The position numbers were made by a program, and so were the translations under genes. The notes beneath the pieces were generated by a model. That model was not told the DNA's origin. It saw only the letters and a list, made by a program, of their open reading frames with translations, and ran no database searches. From the human T2T-CHM13v2.0 reference genome, Homo sapiens: 64,000 nt of DNA. Shown piece after piece: positions 30,576 through 54,240 of this stretch; the stretch's first letter is position 1; the number at the start of each line of letters is the position of its first letter. The DNA lies in NCBI RefSeq assembly GCF_009914755.1, contig NC_060939.1; one strand, 5' to 3'.

Positions 30576-31624
30576 GATGGACTTATAAATATACTAGTAT
30601 TTTCCATATTCTTTCTCAAATAATCTTACATTTCTAAAATAAGTTTATAACTAGGGGAAAAAATTCTTTTCAGCAAACATTAAGGACCAAAGCCTGGTTA
30701 TGCTAAATAAGTTATAAAATGTTCAGCTTTATCTATAGTTTGGCATTTAAGTTAAACATTTAAACTTAAAAAGAAATTCTTTCCAGTCATCTAAAATTCT
30801 TGGTGGAAATGTAACATGTTAGGAGAATTCTGCTTACTATTTAAATCTGAAGCACTTCATTCATTCTGGTGACAAAGGTGGTTTTAGCAGCTAGCAAAAC
30901 ATTCCTTCCAAATTTCAAGGTGCTTTGGGTCTTTCCAAGATGAATGTCCTTTCTTCCTTGCCTCTCATTCCTTAATTTCTGAAGATAGCAATGTTTACTG
31001 CAAGAGAAAAAAAATAGAGCAAAACTGGAGAGTAATATAATTTCAAATATATTGGACATCTTTTCTTAGATATTCCTAATATCACCCTCACTCAACAGTT
31101 ATAATTCATCTAATTCATTTAAGGAATATCTTTTCTACTTAGGTGGAGACACGCATAGAACCTCACACACTCAAGACCTCCCCATGGCATACCAAAGAAC
31201 CAGTAACTTACAAGAACCGAAAGAGCACCGATGCACTTGAGATTTTCTAAGTCTTCATTTGATTGTTTTTGTAGAGACTTATTCTACTGGAAGTATATGA
31301 ATACTAACTCAATGACAAGTCATTAAACTCGAACTTTATAAAAATATGATTCTAAGGGCCACAATGTCCAACTTCAGTATAAAGACCTCTCTAAAATATT
31401 GAAAGCAGGTATCTCCAAATGTAAATATTTCACTAGCCACTTTGCAGTTTTAGTTTAGGCTCAAGTATGATTTTTAATTTCGTTTTTAAAAATATCACCC
31501 AAAATTAAATACATGTCTACCTATTTCTGATTCTTGAGCATCTATCTTATACATGTTCAAAACTGACCCAACCCCTAATTTGTTTCACTGTAACACCAAA
31601 CACAAGAAAAATAACTGAGTTATT

Positions 31625-31770
31625 GTATACTATATACAAGAGGATGTATATAGATTATATGCAAACACTACATTTTATATAAAGAACCTGAGCATCTGTG
31701 AATTTTGGTATGCGTGGGGGGGGGGGGTGGTCCTGGAGCCAATCTCCTGAGGACACATCAAGGATGACTG
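31625..31770. mobile_element. Tigger3/MER2-family terminal fragment
   Basis: ttatatgcaaacactacattttatat...gagcatctgtgaattttggtat...gtcctggagccaatc...gatgactg followed by TA. Confidence 0.72.
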
Positions 31771-31774
31771 TAAT

Positions 31775-32870
31775 TCCATTTATTATAATATTCTTTTGCT
31801 AGTGTGATCATATATTATACCTCTACATATATTACAAAACCTCATAATGATACCATTCAACTTTTGTTTTAAAAAGTCAGCTTTCTTTTAAAGAAAGTGA
31901 CAGAGGAAAAACAAAAAGCCATTTGTATTTATCACCTTGGTGGTATTCATTTCTTCCTGTAGAACTGAGTTTCCATCTGATATCACTGCCTTTCAGCTTA
32001 GAAACTCTTAGTAGTTCTTATATTGTATGTCTATTAACAATAAATATCTAAGTTTTTAAAATGTGAAATTGTCTTACTTTACCTTCATTTTTGAATGATA
32101 TTTTCATTGGATATTGCATTGTGACCTAAAGGTTTTGTTTTTTCTTCATCCTTACAACTTTTTACTAATGTCATTCCATAATTTTTTGTCTTCGATTTTT
32201 CTGATAAGTCAGCTGTCAGTAATATTATTGCTATCCTGTATTTAATGCTTCTTTTGTTTTCTGGCTATTTTGAAGATTTTCTCTTTATCTTTGAACTTTA
32301 TTTCTATTTTTTTGAGATAGAGTTTTGCTCTTTTGCCCAGGCTCAAGTGCCACGATATTGGCTCACTGCAACATCCACCCTCTGGGTTGAAGCGATTCTC
32401 CTGCCTCAGCCTCCTGAGTAGCTGCGATTACAGGTGCCTGCCACCATAACTTGGCTAATTTTTGTATTTTTAGTAGAGACAGCATTTCACCATGTTGGCC
32501 AGGCTGGTCCCAAACTCCTGACCTCAGGTGATCCACCTGCCTTGGCCTCCCAAAGTGCTAGAATTACAGGTGTGAGCCACTGCGCCTGGCCTATCTTTGG
32601 ACTTTAGTAGTGCGACTATTATATGTCTAGATTTGATTTTCTTTGCATTTATTCTACTTGGAGTTTACTGACCTTCATTCTGTGAGTTATGTTTTTGCCC
32701 AATATGGGAAATTTTTAGCACTTATTTCTTAAAAAAAAATTGTTCTATCCCATATTCTCCCTTCCTCTTGGGGATTCCAATATACATAAGTTTGACTGCT
32801 TATTATTTCACAGGTCATTCAGGATATGTTCTTTTATAAAAATTTTTTCTCTTTATTCTTATTTTTTATT
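31775..32870 (-). mobile_element. Old L1M (ORF1/inter-ORF) fragment
   Basis: Antisense L1M phrases (accttcatttttgaatgatattttcattggata, gataagtcagctgtca). Confidence 0.7.
32303..32591 (-). mobile_element. AluS
   Basis: TSD tatctttg(a/g)acttta. Confidence 0.9.
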
Positions 32871-32899
32871 TTCTAACCAAGTAAGCAGCAATGAGTATT

Positions 32900-33203
32900 T
32901 ATTATTTTGTTTGTTTGTTTAAAAGGCAGGGTCTCACTCTGTCATCCAGGCTGGAGTACAGTGGCATGATCACGGCTCACTGCATCCTTGACCTCCTAGG
33001 CTCAAGCAATCCTCCTGCCTCAGCCTCTTGAGTAGCTGAGACTACAGTCACACGCCACCATGCTCTGCTAATTTTTACATTTTTTGTAGAAACTGGGTCT
33101 CACTACATTGCCTAGGCTAGTCCTGAACTCCTGGGCTCAAGCTATCTTCCCACCACAGCCTTTCAAAGTACTAGAATTACAGGTGTGAGCCACCATGCCC
33201 GCT
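32900..33203 (-). mobile_element. AluJ
   Basis: J-type antisense Alu. Confidence 0.88.
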
Positions 33204-33214
33204 GACATACTTTT

Positions 33215-33605
33215 ATTTATGCATCCTTCTACTCAACCACATATGAATTATATACTTAAGAACTACTGTGTGAAAGGCAGTGTTCTAAGTAGTAGAGAAA
33301 CAATAAAAATGCAAGATCTCTGCTCTCACAGAGTTTACGTTTACCTTCTAGTACAGAAACATGGACAAATAATAAACTGATTTCAGAGATCTTCAATGCT
33401 CTGAAAAAAATAAAATTGACTGTTACAAAGAGAATGGGAAGGTGAAGATGCTGTTTTAGATAGCATATAAACTAAAACTCTCTGAGGAGATGATGCCAAG
33501 TTGAAATTGAATAAAATGAGCCAGACATGTAAAGATTTAGGAGTAGAATTTTCCAGATATAGGGCACACATGTATTAAGATAGGAAGGAGTACCTAATGC
33601 TCCTA
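33215..33605 (-). mobile_element. L2 3' fragment
   Basis: ctctgctctcacagagtttacgttt...ctctctgaggagatgatg...ttccagatatagggcacac. Confidence 0.65.
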
Positions 33606-34967
33606 GAAAAAATGTTTCTAAATTATCAAAACAACGAATTAACAATTTGTGAGAAGATATCTTGAATATCATACCAGTACCATGCCCAAAATTTAAAAAT
33701 TGGCCTGATTTTAAACCTATTAATTATTTATTCCTGTGTAATAACAACAATGAAATAACAATTATTTAAAATTGTTAACTTATTTTACTAACAATGGAAA
33801 TTCTGTTTGGGTTCTGACTCTCCATTTATTCCAAGCTTCTGCCGGTACCAATCCTTATTTTTATTTCATATTTGAAAACAAAAGTTCTTCTCTCCCTGCA
33901 TTAGAAAAGAAAGAAGTTACCTTTCTGTTTTATTTCTTGACAATGTTACAACGTTTTGGGAAAACATCATGAAGACATGCAAACAAGAAAAATATTCCCA
34001 AAATATGCGGCCATATGCAACTATGTCACCAACCATTTATGATGCAATAGCAGCACTCACCTAAATTAAACCTAAGCCCTTTCTTCCAGAACATTCATAG
34101 TACTGGATTTTGGCTACTGGTAAAGAACAACATCAACTATACACCTTAAGGAGGAAGGAAAGAAAATACACTTATGGTTATAAACCATGAAATGCATAAT
34201 AATTCTTCTAAACTAGGGACTGAATTAATGTTATGGATATAGGACCAAACAAAATAGTAGGGCATATATTTCAATCCTGCTTCAGATAGATATTAGATAA
34301 CAAATTCTGAGCATTCTAACAGGGGACTGACCAGTATGCTAAGGCACATCAGGTAGAATAAAGAAAATATGCTTTGAAATGTATTTTGTGTTGTAACTGG
34401 GTAATAGGGTCATGTGAAAGACATTATAGACACAGGTAATGCAGAAAAGAAGCTATTGTCTCAAGATTGTGAACTAAGAGGAAAAAAATCCAAGATCTTG
34501 TAGGTGGGGATAGCATGAAGTTAAATATAAGGTGAAGGGACTTTCTGTTCATGAGTACCCAGACAACTTCATCCAAAAATGACTAAATTCAGGATAAAGA
34601 ACTATGTACTAATTTGGGAACATTAATAAGATAAGCATAATAAAACAAAAATAGGGAGGAAGGAATTAGCCTTGCATGACTGAAAAATATAAAATGTGCA
34701 GGCTTGGTAGTAAGATAAATTAGACACTAGCCTCAACTCCCCAACTGGCTGAAGAAACTCAGACACTATAAATGATTTCAAACCTTTGACACTATATAAT
34801 CTTTCAAAGCCCTACAGGCTAAAATTGGTGTGATCTTATTTACTCTGCTATTTAACTTAATAGTAGCGAATAGTTTCAGGTAAAAAAAAAAAAATCATAT
34901 AGAATGGAAATACAATGGTCTACTAGGAATCTGATAGCTTACTGAGGAGATTTTTAATCATAAAGTA

Positions 34968-37645
<2,678 letters not shown>

Positions 37646-38079
37646 ATACAAACTACATTCAAGATGGCTATTTGCTAAAATTTTAGAATTCATATTTTAA
37701 ATGACTAGATCAAATGGTTTATTTTAGTCCTTACACTCTGGTAATGCCATTCCTTCATATTTCTAATGAATGTTAATAATTTTATATTTAAAATTAGTAT
37801 CTCATAATAGAGACAATTTTTATATTCTCAAGAAATCAATTTTCCTGATTCATAAAATTTATTAAGTATGATATATCCTTTTCTTCTGATCAGTTTCTGA
37901 TTTAAAGTTTGTAATGGGCTCTCTGATTTGAAAAATAAATAATAGTTCCCATAGCAGACACAGTTCATTTATAACAATACTGAGAAAAAGTACATCAATG
38001 GATAAGTGTTAGGAAACAATTTCTTGGGAGCTTCTGAATTCTGCAAAGGTGTTAGCCTTAAAACCTATTCTACAATAAT

Positions 38080-39136
38080 TCAACTTCTGCTTCTGACCAT
38101 GAGGGATTAAACAGTTCCAGGATGATCCTCTCACCATAAACAATTAGAATACAGCATAAAATACTGGAAAGGACTATTTTCAGACACAGGCAATGCAGTA
38201 TTATGATCCCTAAGAAAACAGAAATAAGGGGAGTCCTACCAGCAACTCAGGCTCTCAGCCAGAAAGAAATTTACCACTTCAGTAGAGGGAGGAAGAATTT
38301 ACACAGAGCCTGGCAATCTTGTTTACTTGGAGAGATAGAAAAAAGTGCAAGGAGGCCAAGAAGGCTAGAATTTATGGAGCAGAATTCCAGAGAAGAGGGA
38401 GACAGCTAAAGTAATCTGAATAAGGGTTCTCCTGAGCATTTAGCTAGATAAAAACGTTACATTAAGAAGGGTAAAATTTTTTTTGAGACCAGAGAAAAAC
38501 ATCTAAGGAAAAAATGTTACCAGATAGTTGCAATACAAAGATTCTCAGAGCTGACATAGGACCAAGAATTCAACAAGCTCCCTTCCGCAAGAAGAGAGAA
38601 ACCCAAATATACAAAGCAATCAGCAGGGTCCCCAGAAGGGACAAATCACTGAGTGAGGGGCCCTAGAATAAAGGCCACTCTAGATATGCCTGAAAGGAAT
38701 GTTTAAGCCTAGAACTAAACAAACTAATCTGTACTTAACAAAAATGCTTTTCAGGAAGAAGTCCAACATTCTTTAAAGATATAAAACAAGATTAAGGACT
38801 CAAATATTTAAATTCATAAATATTTATCATTTAATAAAAAAATTACTGAACACAGTAAGAATCAGGGAAATGTGGCCCATAACCAGAAAAATATCAATCA
38901 ATAGAAAGAAACCCAGAAATGATAGAAATGATAGAAATGGCAGGCAAAGACATTAAAAGGGCTGTAATAACTATGCTCTATATTCAAAGACATAAATGAA
39001 AAAAGCAATATAATGGTGACAGAAATAGAGGATTTTCAAAAAGAACCAAAAAATAACTTCTAGAGATAAAATACATAGAGACAAATGAATATTTCACTAG
39101 ACAGATAAGCAGTAGTTCATACACAGAAGAAAAAAA
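38080..39136 (+). mobile_element. Old L1M 5'UTR/ORF1 fragment
   Basis: acttctgcttctgaccatgaggga start; ORF1-like aatcaatcaatagaaagaaacccagaaatgatagaaatg. Confidence 0.65.
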
Positions 39137-44760
<5,624 letters not shown>

Positions 44761-46677
44761 TACAATAAAATTTAAAAACTAATCAAAGAACCAAATAATT
44801 TTACTCCTAGGTATTTACTCCACAGAGTGGGTATCATCAGAGGCCTAGTACGAAGCTGAAACTCCCAACTCGGCCCAGAACAGGCGCCTCCTGCCAAGTG
44901 TCACTGGAGGATGATTAGGACCCTGAACTTACTCCTCTACCTGACAGTAATGAGGCAACATCCTTTCCCCCTGCCAGGATACTATTTAAAGAGACCTGCC
45001 AAAACAGAAGACTTAAATGAAATGCAAAATCTCATGACATAATGTCCAAAATGTCTAGGTTTTGATTGAAAACCATTTGCCATATCAAGAATCAGGAAAA
45101 TCATAACTTGAATGAGAAAAGACAATCAATGGATACCAACACCAAGATAACAGACATAAGAATTATTTTACAAGGGAGGAAAAATGGTAGATAGAAGGCA
45201 GGACTAACTTCAGCTCCCAGTTGGATGGTTACAGCAGCATGTAGAGACCCACATCACGAACTTCTGCTCCAACAACTACCACAAGAACATACCAGGAAAG
45301 CCGAGATAATCCACAGACCCTTTGAAGGAGCTGGATTGCTGCTGTAGGCTCTGTGGGACAGCCAAGGAACTCTGAGTCAGCTTGTTTTCTCAGTGGGGAG
45401 GCTTGTAGCCTGGGGCAAGTTCTCAGCCCTCCTCACTGGTTGCCTGGAAATCAGCTCTGTGTTGTTGGTGGGGGTGGGGGCAGGGGCACAGTGGGAGTGG
45501 GACCAGCCTTTTGGGCAGTGGGATGCATGGGAGCTGTGTGAGGACTCTGGCTGCCGGCATTCTCCACTTCCCTGGCAACCTGTGTGATGCAGCAGAGGCA
45601 GCCATAATCTTCCTGGGAACATAACTGGGAACATAATCTTCCTGGGAACGTAATTGCATTGGCCTGGGAAACACACCCCCATCCCCTACAGCAGCCACAT
45701 CCCTGCCCAAGGAGAGTCTGAGCTCAGACACACCTAACCCTGTCCACATCTGATGGTCCTGCTGGTAGCTGAAGACGAAGGATATAGCCTCTTGAGAGGT
45801 CTATGGTCCCAACCTTCTCCTCATCCTCCCTATACTACCACAGCTATTATGCTCTTGAAAGCACCACCTCCTATCTGAAGGCCAATCAACACAAAACCAG
45901 CTTGTGTAACAAAAATACAACCAGGAACCCTCATAGTATCCACTTCATGCCCCTGCTACCTCCACCAGAGCAGGTGTTGGTATCCATGGCTGAGAGACCT
46001 GAAGACAGATCACATCATAAGACTCTTTGCAGATACTCCCCTGTACTAGCCCAGAGCCTAACAGCTCTGCTGGGTGGCTAGATCCAGAACAGAAATAACA
46101 ATCACTGCAGTTTGGCTCTCAGAAATTCCCATCCCTATGGGAAAGGGAAGAGCACCACATGAAGGGAGCAACCCGTGGGACAAAAGAATCTGAACAGCAG
46201 CCTTTGAGTCTCAGATCTTCCCTTTGATATAGTATACCCGAATAAGAAGGAACCAGAAAAACAATTCTGATAATAGACAAAACAAGGTTCTTTAACACCC
46301 CCAAAAAATCACACTAACTCACCAGCAATGGATCCGAACCAGGAAAAAAAATCTCTGAATTGCCAGAAAAAGAATTCACAAAGTCGACTATTAAGCCAAT
46401 AGAGGAGGCATCAGAGAAAGGTGAAGTCCAAGAAATAAAAAAAAATGATATAGGATATGAATGGAAAAATCTCCAGTGTAATAGATAGCATAAATAAAAA
46501 CTAATCACAACTTCTGGAAATGAAGGGCACACTTAGAGAATTGCAAAATGCAATGGAATGCCTCAGAAATAGAACTGAACAAGTAGAAGAAAGAATATCA
46601 AGTTTGCAGACAAGGCTTTCGAATTAACCCAATCTGATAAAGACAAAGAAGAAAAAAGAATTTTTAAAAAATGAACA

Positions 46678-47002
<325 letters not shown>

Positions 47003-48309
47003 TTAAATGACCAAATTTAAGAATAATTGGTGTTTCTGGGGAAGAAGAGAAATCTAAAAGTTTGGAAAACATATTTGAGAGAATAATTGAGGAAAACTTT
47101 CTTGGCCTTGCTAGGGATCTAGACATCCAAATACAAAAAGCTCAAAGAACTCCTGGGAAATTCATCGCAAAAACATCACCACCTAGGCACATAGTCATCA
47201 GGTTATCTAAAATCAAGATGAAGGAAAGAATCTTAACAGCTGTGAGGCAAAAGTATCAGGTAACCTATAAAGAAAAACCTATCAGATTAACACAGATTTC
47301 GCAGCAGAAACCCTACAAGCTAGAAGGGACTGCAATCCTATCTTTAGCCTCCTTAAACAAAATAATTATCAGCCAAGAATTTTGTATGCAACAAAACTAG
47401 GCTTCATAAATGAAGAAAAGATATGGTATTTTTCAGACAAACAAATGCTGAAAGAATTCGCCACTACCAAGCCAGCACTACGAGCACCGCTAAAAGGAGC
47501 TCTAAATCTTGAAACAAATCCTCCAAATACACCCAAATCGAATATCCTTAAAGCATAAATCTCACAGGACCTATAAAACAACAACACAATGAAAAAAAAA
47601 AAAGGTATTCAGGCAATATATAGAACGATGAATAGAATAGTACCTCATATCTCAATACTAATGTTGAAAGTAATGGGCCGAAATGCTCCACTTAAAAGAC
47701 AGAGAATGGCAGAATGGATAAGAATTCAGTAACTAAGTATCTGCTGTCTTCAAGAGACTCACCTGACACATAGGACTCACATAAAGCTAAGGTAACAGGG
47801 TGGAAAAAGATACTCCATGCAAATGGGCACCAGAAGCAAGCAGGAGTAGCTATTCTTATATCAGACAAAACAAACTTTAAATCAACAGCTGTTAAAAACG
47901 ACAAAGAGAGATACTACATAATGATAAAAGGTCTAATACAACAGGAAAGTATCACAATCCTACATACATATGCACCTAACACTGGAGCTCCCAATTTATA
48001 AAACAATTACTACTAGACCTAAGAAATTAGATAGGCAACAACAAAATAATAGTGGGGGACTTCAATACTTCACTGACAGCACTAGACAGGTAATCAAGAC
48101 AAAAAGTCAACAAAGAAACAATGGGCTTAATAGACATTTACATAACATTCTACCCAACAACTGCAGAATATACATTCTATTCAACACATGGAACATTCTC
48201 CAAGACAGACCATATGACAGGCCACAAACTCTCAACAAATTTAAGAAAATCGAAATTATACAAAGCACTCTATTAGACCACAGTGGAATAAAATTGGAAA
48301 TCAACTCCA

Positions 48310-50427
<2,118 letters not shown>

Positions 50428-53400
50428 GGAAATCAACTCCAAAAGGAACCTTCAAAACCATGCAAATATATGGAAATTAAACAACATGTTCCTGAATGAT
50501 CACTGAGTCAAAAATGAAATCAAGATGGAAATTAACAGATTATTTGAACTGAACGATAATAGTGACACAACCTATAAAAACCTCTGGGATAAGCAAAGGC
50601 AGTGCTAACAGGAAATTCATAGCATTAAATGCCTACATTGTTAAGTCTGAAGGAGCACAGACAATCTAAGGTCACACCTCAAGGAGCTAGAGAAAGAAGA
50701 ACAAACCAAACCCAAGCCCAACAGAAGAAAACAAGCAACCAAGATCAGAGCAGTACTAAATGAAATTCAAACAAACAAAAAAATACAAAAGATAAATACA
50801 ACAAAAAGCTGGTTCTTTGAAAAGATAAATAAAATTGATAGACCATTAGTGAGATTAACCAAGAAAGAAGAGAGAAGATCCAAATAAGCTCAATTAGAAA
50901 CAAAATGGGAGATATAACAGCCAATACCAAAGAAATACAAAATATCATTCAAGGCTACTATGAACACCTCTATGTGCATGAACTAGAAAACTAGAGGAGA
51001 TGGATAAATTCCTGGGAATATACAACCCTCCTAGATTAAACCAGGAAGAAACAGAAACTCTGAACAGACCAATAACAAGCAACAAGCATGAAATGGTAAT
51101 TTAAAAGTTACCAACAAAAAAAGTCCAGGACTAGATGGATTCACAGCTGAATTCTATCAGACATTTAAAGAAGAACTGGTTACCAGTCCTATTGACACTA
51201 CTCCAGAAGATACAGAAAGAAGGAATCCTCCCGAAATCATTCTATGAAGCCGGTATCACCCTAATACCAAAACCAGAAAAGGACATAACCAAAAAAAGAA
51301 AACTACAAACCAATATCCCTGATGAACATAGATGCAAAAATCCTTAACAAAATACTAGCTAAACGAATCCAACAGAGATAAAAAAGATAATCCACCATGA
51401 TCAAGTGGGTTTCATAACAGGGATGCAGGGATGGTTTAACATCTGCAAGTCAATAAATGTGATACACCACAGAAAAAGAATTAAAAACAAAAATCACATG
51501 ATCATCTCAATAGATTGCACAAAAAGCGTTTGACAAAATCCAGCATCCCTTTATGTATGATTAAAACCCTCAGCAAAATTCGTAAAGAAGGAACATACCT
51601 TAAGGTAATAAAAGCCATCTATGACAAGCCCACAGCTAACACTATACTGAATGGGGAAAAGTTGAAAGTATTCCCCCTGAAAACTGGAACAGGACAAGGA
51701 TGTCCACTTTCACCACTTCTATTCAACATAGTACTGGAAGTCCTAGCCAGAAAAATTAGACAAGAGAAAGAAATAAAGGGCAGCCAAACTGGCAAAGAGG
51801 AAGTCAAACTGTCACTGTTTGCTGATGACATAATCATATACCTAGAAAACCCTAAAGACTCATCCAAAAAGCTCCTGAACTAGTAAATGAATTCAGCAAA
51901 GTTTCAGGATACAAAATTAATGTATACAAATCAGTAGCCCTGCTACACATCAACAACAACCAAGCTGAGAATCAAATCAAGAACTCAACCCCTTTTATAA
52001 CAGCTGTTAAAAACAAAAACAAAAACAAAGAACTTAGGAATATACTTAACCAAGAGGTGAAAGTGAAAGACCTCTGCAAGGAAAACTACAAAACACTGCT
52101 GAAAGAAATTATAGATGACAAAACAAATAGAAACACATCCCATTTTCATGGATGGGTAGAATCAATATTGTGATAATGACCATACTGCCAAAAGCAATCA
52201 ACAAATTCAATGCAATTCCCATGAAAATACCACCACCATTCTTCACAGAACTAGAAAAAAAATCCTAAAATTCACATGGAACCAAAAAAGAGCCCACGTA
52301 GCCAAAGCAAGACTAAGCAAAAAGAACAAATTTGGAGGCATCACATTACCCAACTTCAAACGATACTATAAGGCCATAGTCACCAAAACAGCATTGTACT
52401 GGAATAGAAACAGGCATAGAGACCAATGGAACAGAATAGAGAACCCAGAAATAAAGAGAAATACTTACAGTCAACTGATCTTTGACAAAGCAACAAAAAC
52501 ATAAAGTAGGAAAAGGAAACTATTCAACAAATGGTGCTGGGATAATTGGCAAGCCACATGTAGAAGAATGAAACTGGATCCTCATCTCTCACCTTATACA
52601 AAAATCCACTCGAAATGGACCAAAGATTTACATCTGAGACATGAAACCATAAAAATTCTAGAAGATAACATTGGGAAAAGCCTTCTAGACACTGGCTTAC
52701 GCAAAGACTTCATGACCAGAACCCGAAAGCAAACGCAACAAAAACAAAGATAAATAGATGGAACTTAATTAAACGAAAAAGCTTCTGCACAGCAAAAGAA
52801 ACAATCAGCAGAGAAACCAGACAACCCACAGAGTGGGAGAAAATCTTTGCAATCTATCCGACAAAGGACTAATATCCAGAATCTACAAGGAACCAAATTA
52901 GCAAGAAAAAAAAAATCCCATCAAGTGGGCTAAAGACATGAATAGACAATTTTCAAAAGAAGATATACAAATGGCCAACAAACATATGAAACAGTGCTCA
53001 ACATCACTAATGATCAGGGAAATGCAAATCAAAACCACAATGAGATACTACCTTACTCCTGCAACAATAACCATAAAATAAAATAAATCATAATCAAAAA
53101 TTAAAAAACCAAAAATAAAAAAACTCATAATCAAAAAATAAAAAAACATAGATGTTGGTGTGGATGTCATGAAAAAAGGAACACTTTTACACTGCTGGTG
53201 GGAATATAAACTAGTACACCACTATGGAAAACAGTATGGAGATTCCTTAAAGAACTAAAAGCAGATTTACCATTTGATCCAACAATCCCACTCCTGGATA
53301 TCTATTCAGAGGAAAAAAAAGGTCATTATACAAAAAAGATACTTGCACATGCATGTTTATAGCAGCACAATTCAAAATTGCAAAAATATGGAACCAGCCC

Positions 53401-53849
53401 AAATATCCATCAATCAATAAGTGGATAGAGAAAATGTGGCGTATATATACCATGGAATACTACTCAGCAATAAAAAGGAATAAAATAATGGCATTTGCAG
53501 CAACCTAGATGGAACTGGAGACCATTATTCCAAGTGAAGTAACTCAGGAATGGAAAACCAAACATAGTATGTTCTCACTCATAAGTGGAAGCTAAGCTAT
53601 GAGGATGCAAAGACATAAGAATGATACAACGAACTTTGAGGACTTGGAGGAATGATAAGAGGGAGGTGAGGGATAAAAGACTACACATTGGGTACAGCGT
53701 GTACTTCTAGGGTGATAGGTGCACCAAAATCTCATAAATCACCACTAAAGAACTTATTCATGTAACCAAACACCACCTGTTCCCCCAAAACCTATTGAAA
53801 TAAGACAAAATTCCAAAAATAAAATAAATATGTACATCTTGGTAACGTA

Positions 53850-53907
53850 CAGTCAATCCTTAAACAACATGGGTTAAATCAAGTGGGTCCACTTATACAC
53901 AGATTTT
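53850..53907 (+). mobile_element. Tigger2/MER8-family terminal fragment
   Basis: TA + cagtcaatccttaaacaacatgggttaaatcaagtgggtccacttatacacagatttt. Confidence 0.7.
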
Positions 53908-53920
53908 AAGAAACAAATGA

Positions 53921-54240
53921 GGCTGGGCATGGTGGCTCATGCCTATAATCCCAGCACTTTGGGAGGCCGAGGCGGGTGGATCATGAGGTCAGGAGATTGA
54001 GACCATCCTGGCTAACACGGTGAAATCCCATCTCTACTAAAAATACAAAAATTAGATGGGTGTGATGGTGCGTGCCTGTAATCCCAGCTACTCAGGAGGC
54101 TGAGGCAGGAGAATTGCTTGAACCCGGGAGACGGAGGTTGCAGTCAGCTGAGATTGCAGTGCAGCCTGGGCGACACAGTGAGACTCTGTCTCAAAAAAAT
54201 AAATAAATAAATAAAATAAAAAAATTTAAAAAAAGGAAAA
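53921..54240 (+). mobile_element. AluS (Sc-like)
   Basis: Degenerate TSD aagaa(ac/gt)aaatg. Confidence 0.9.
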
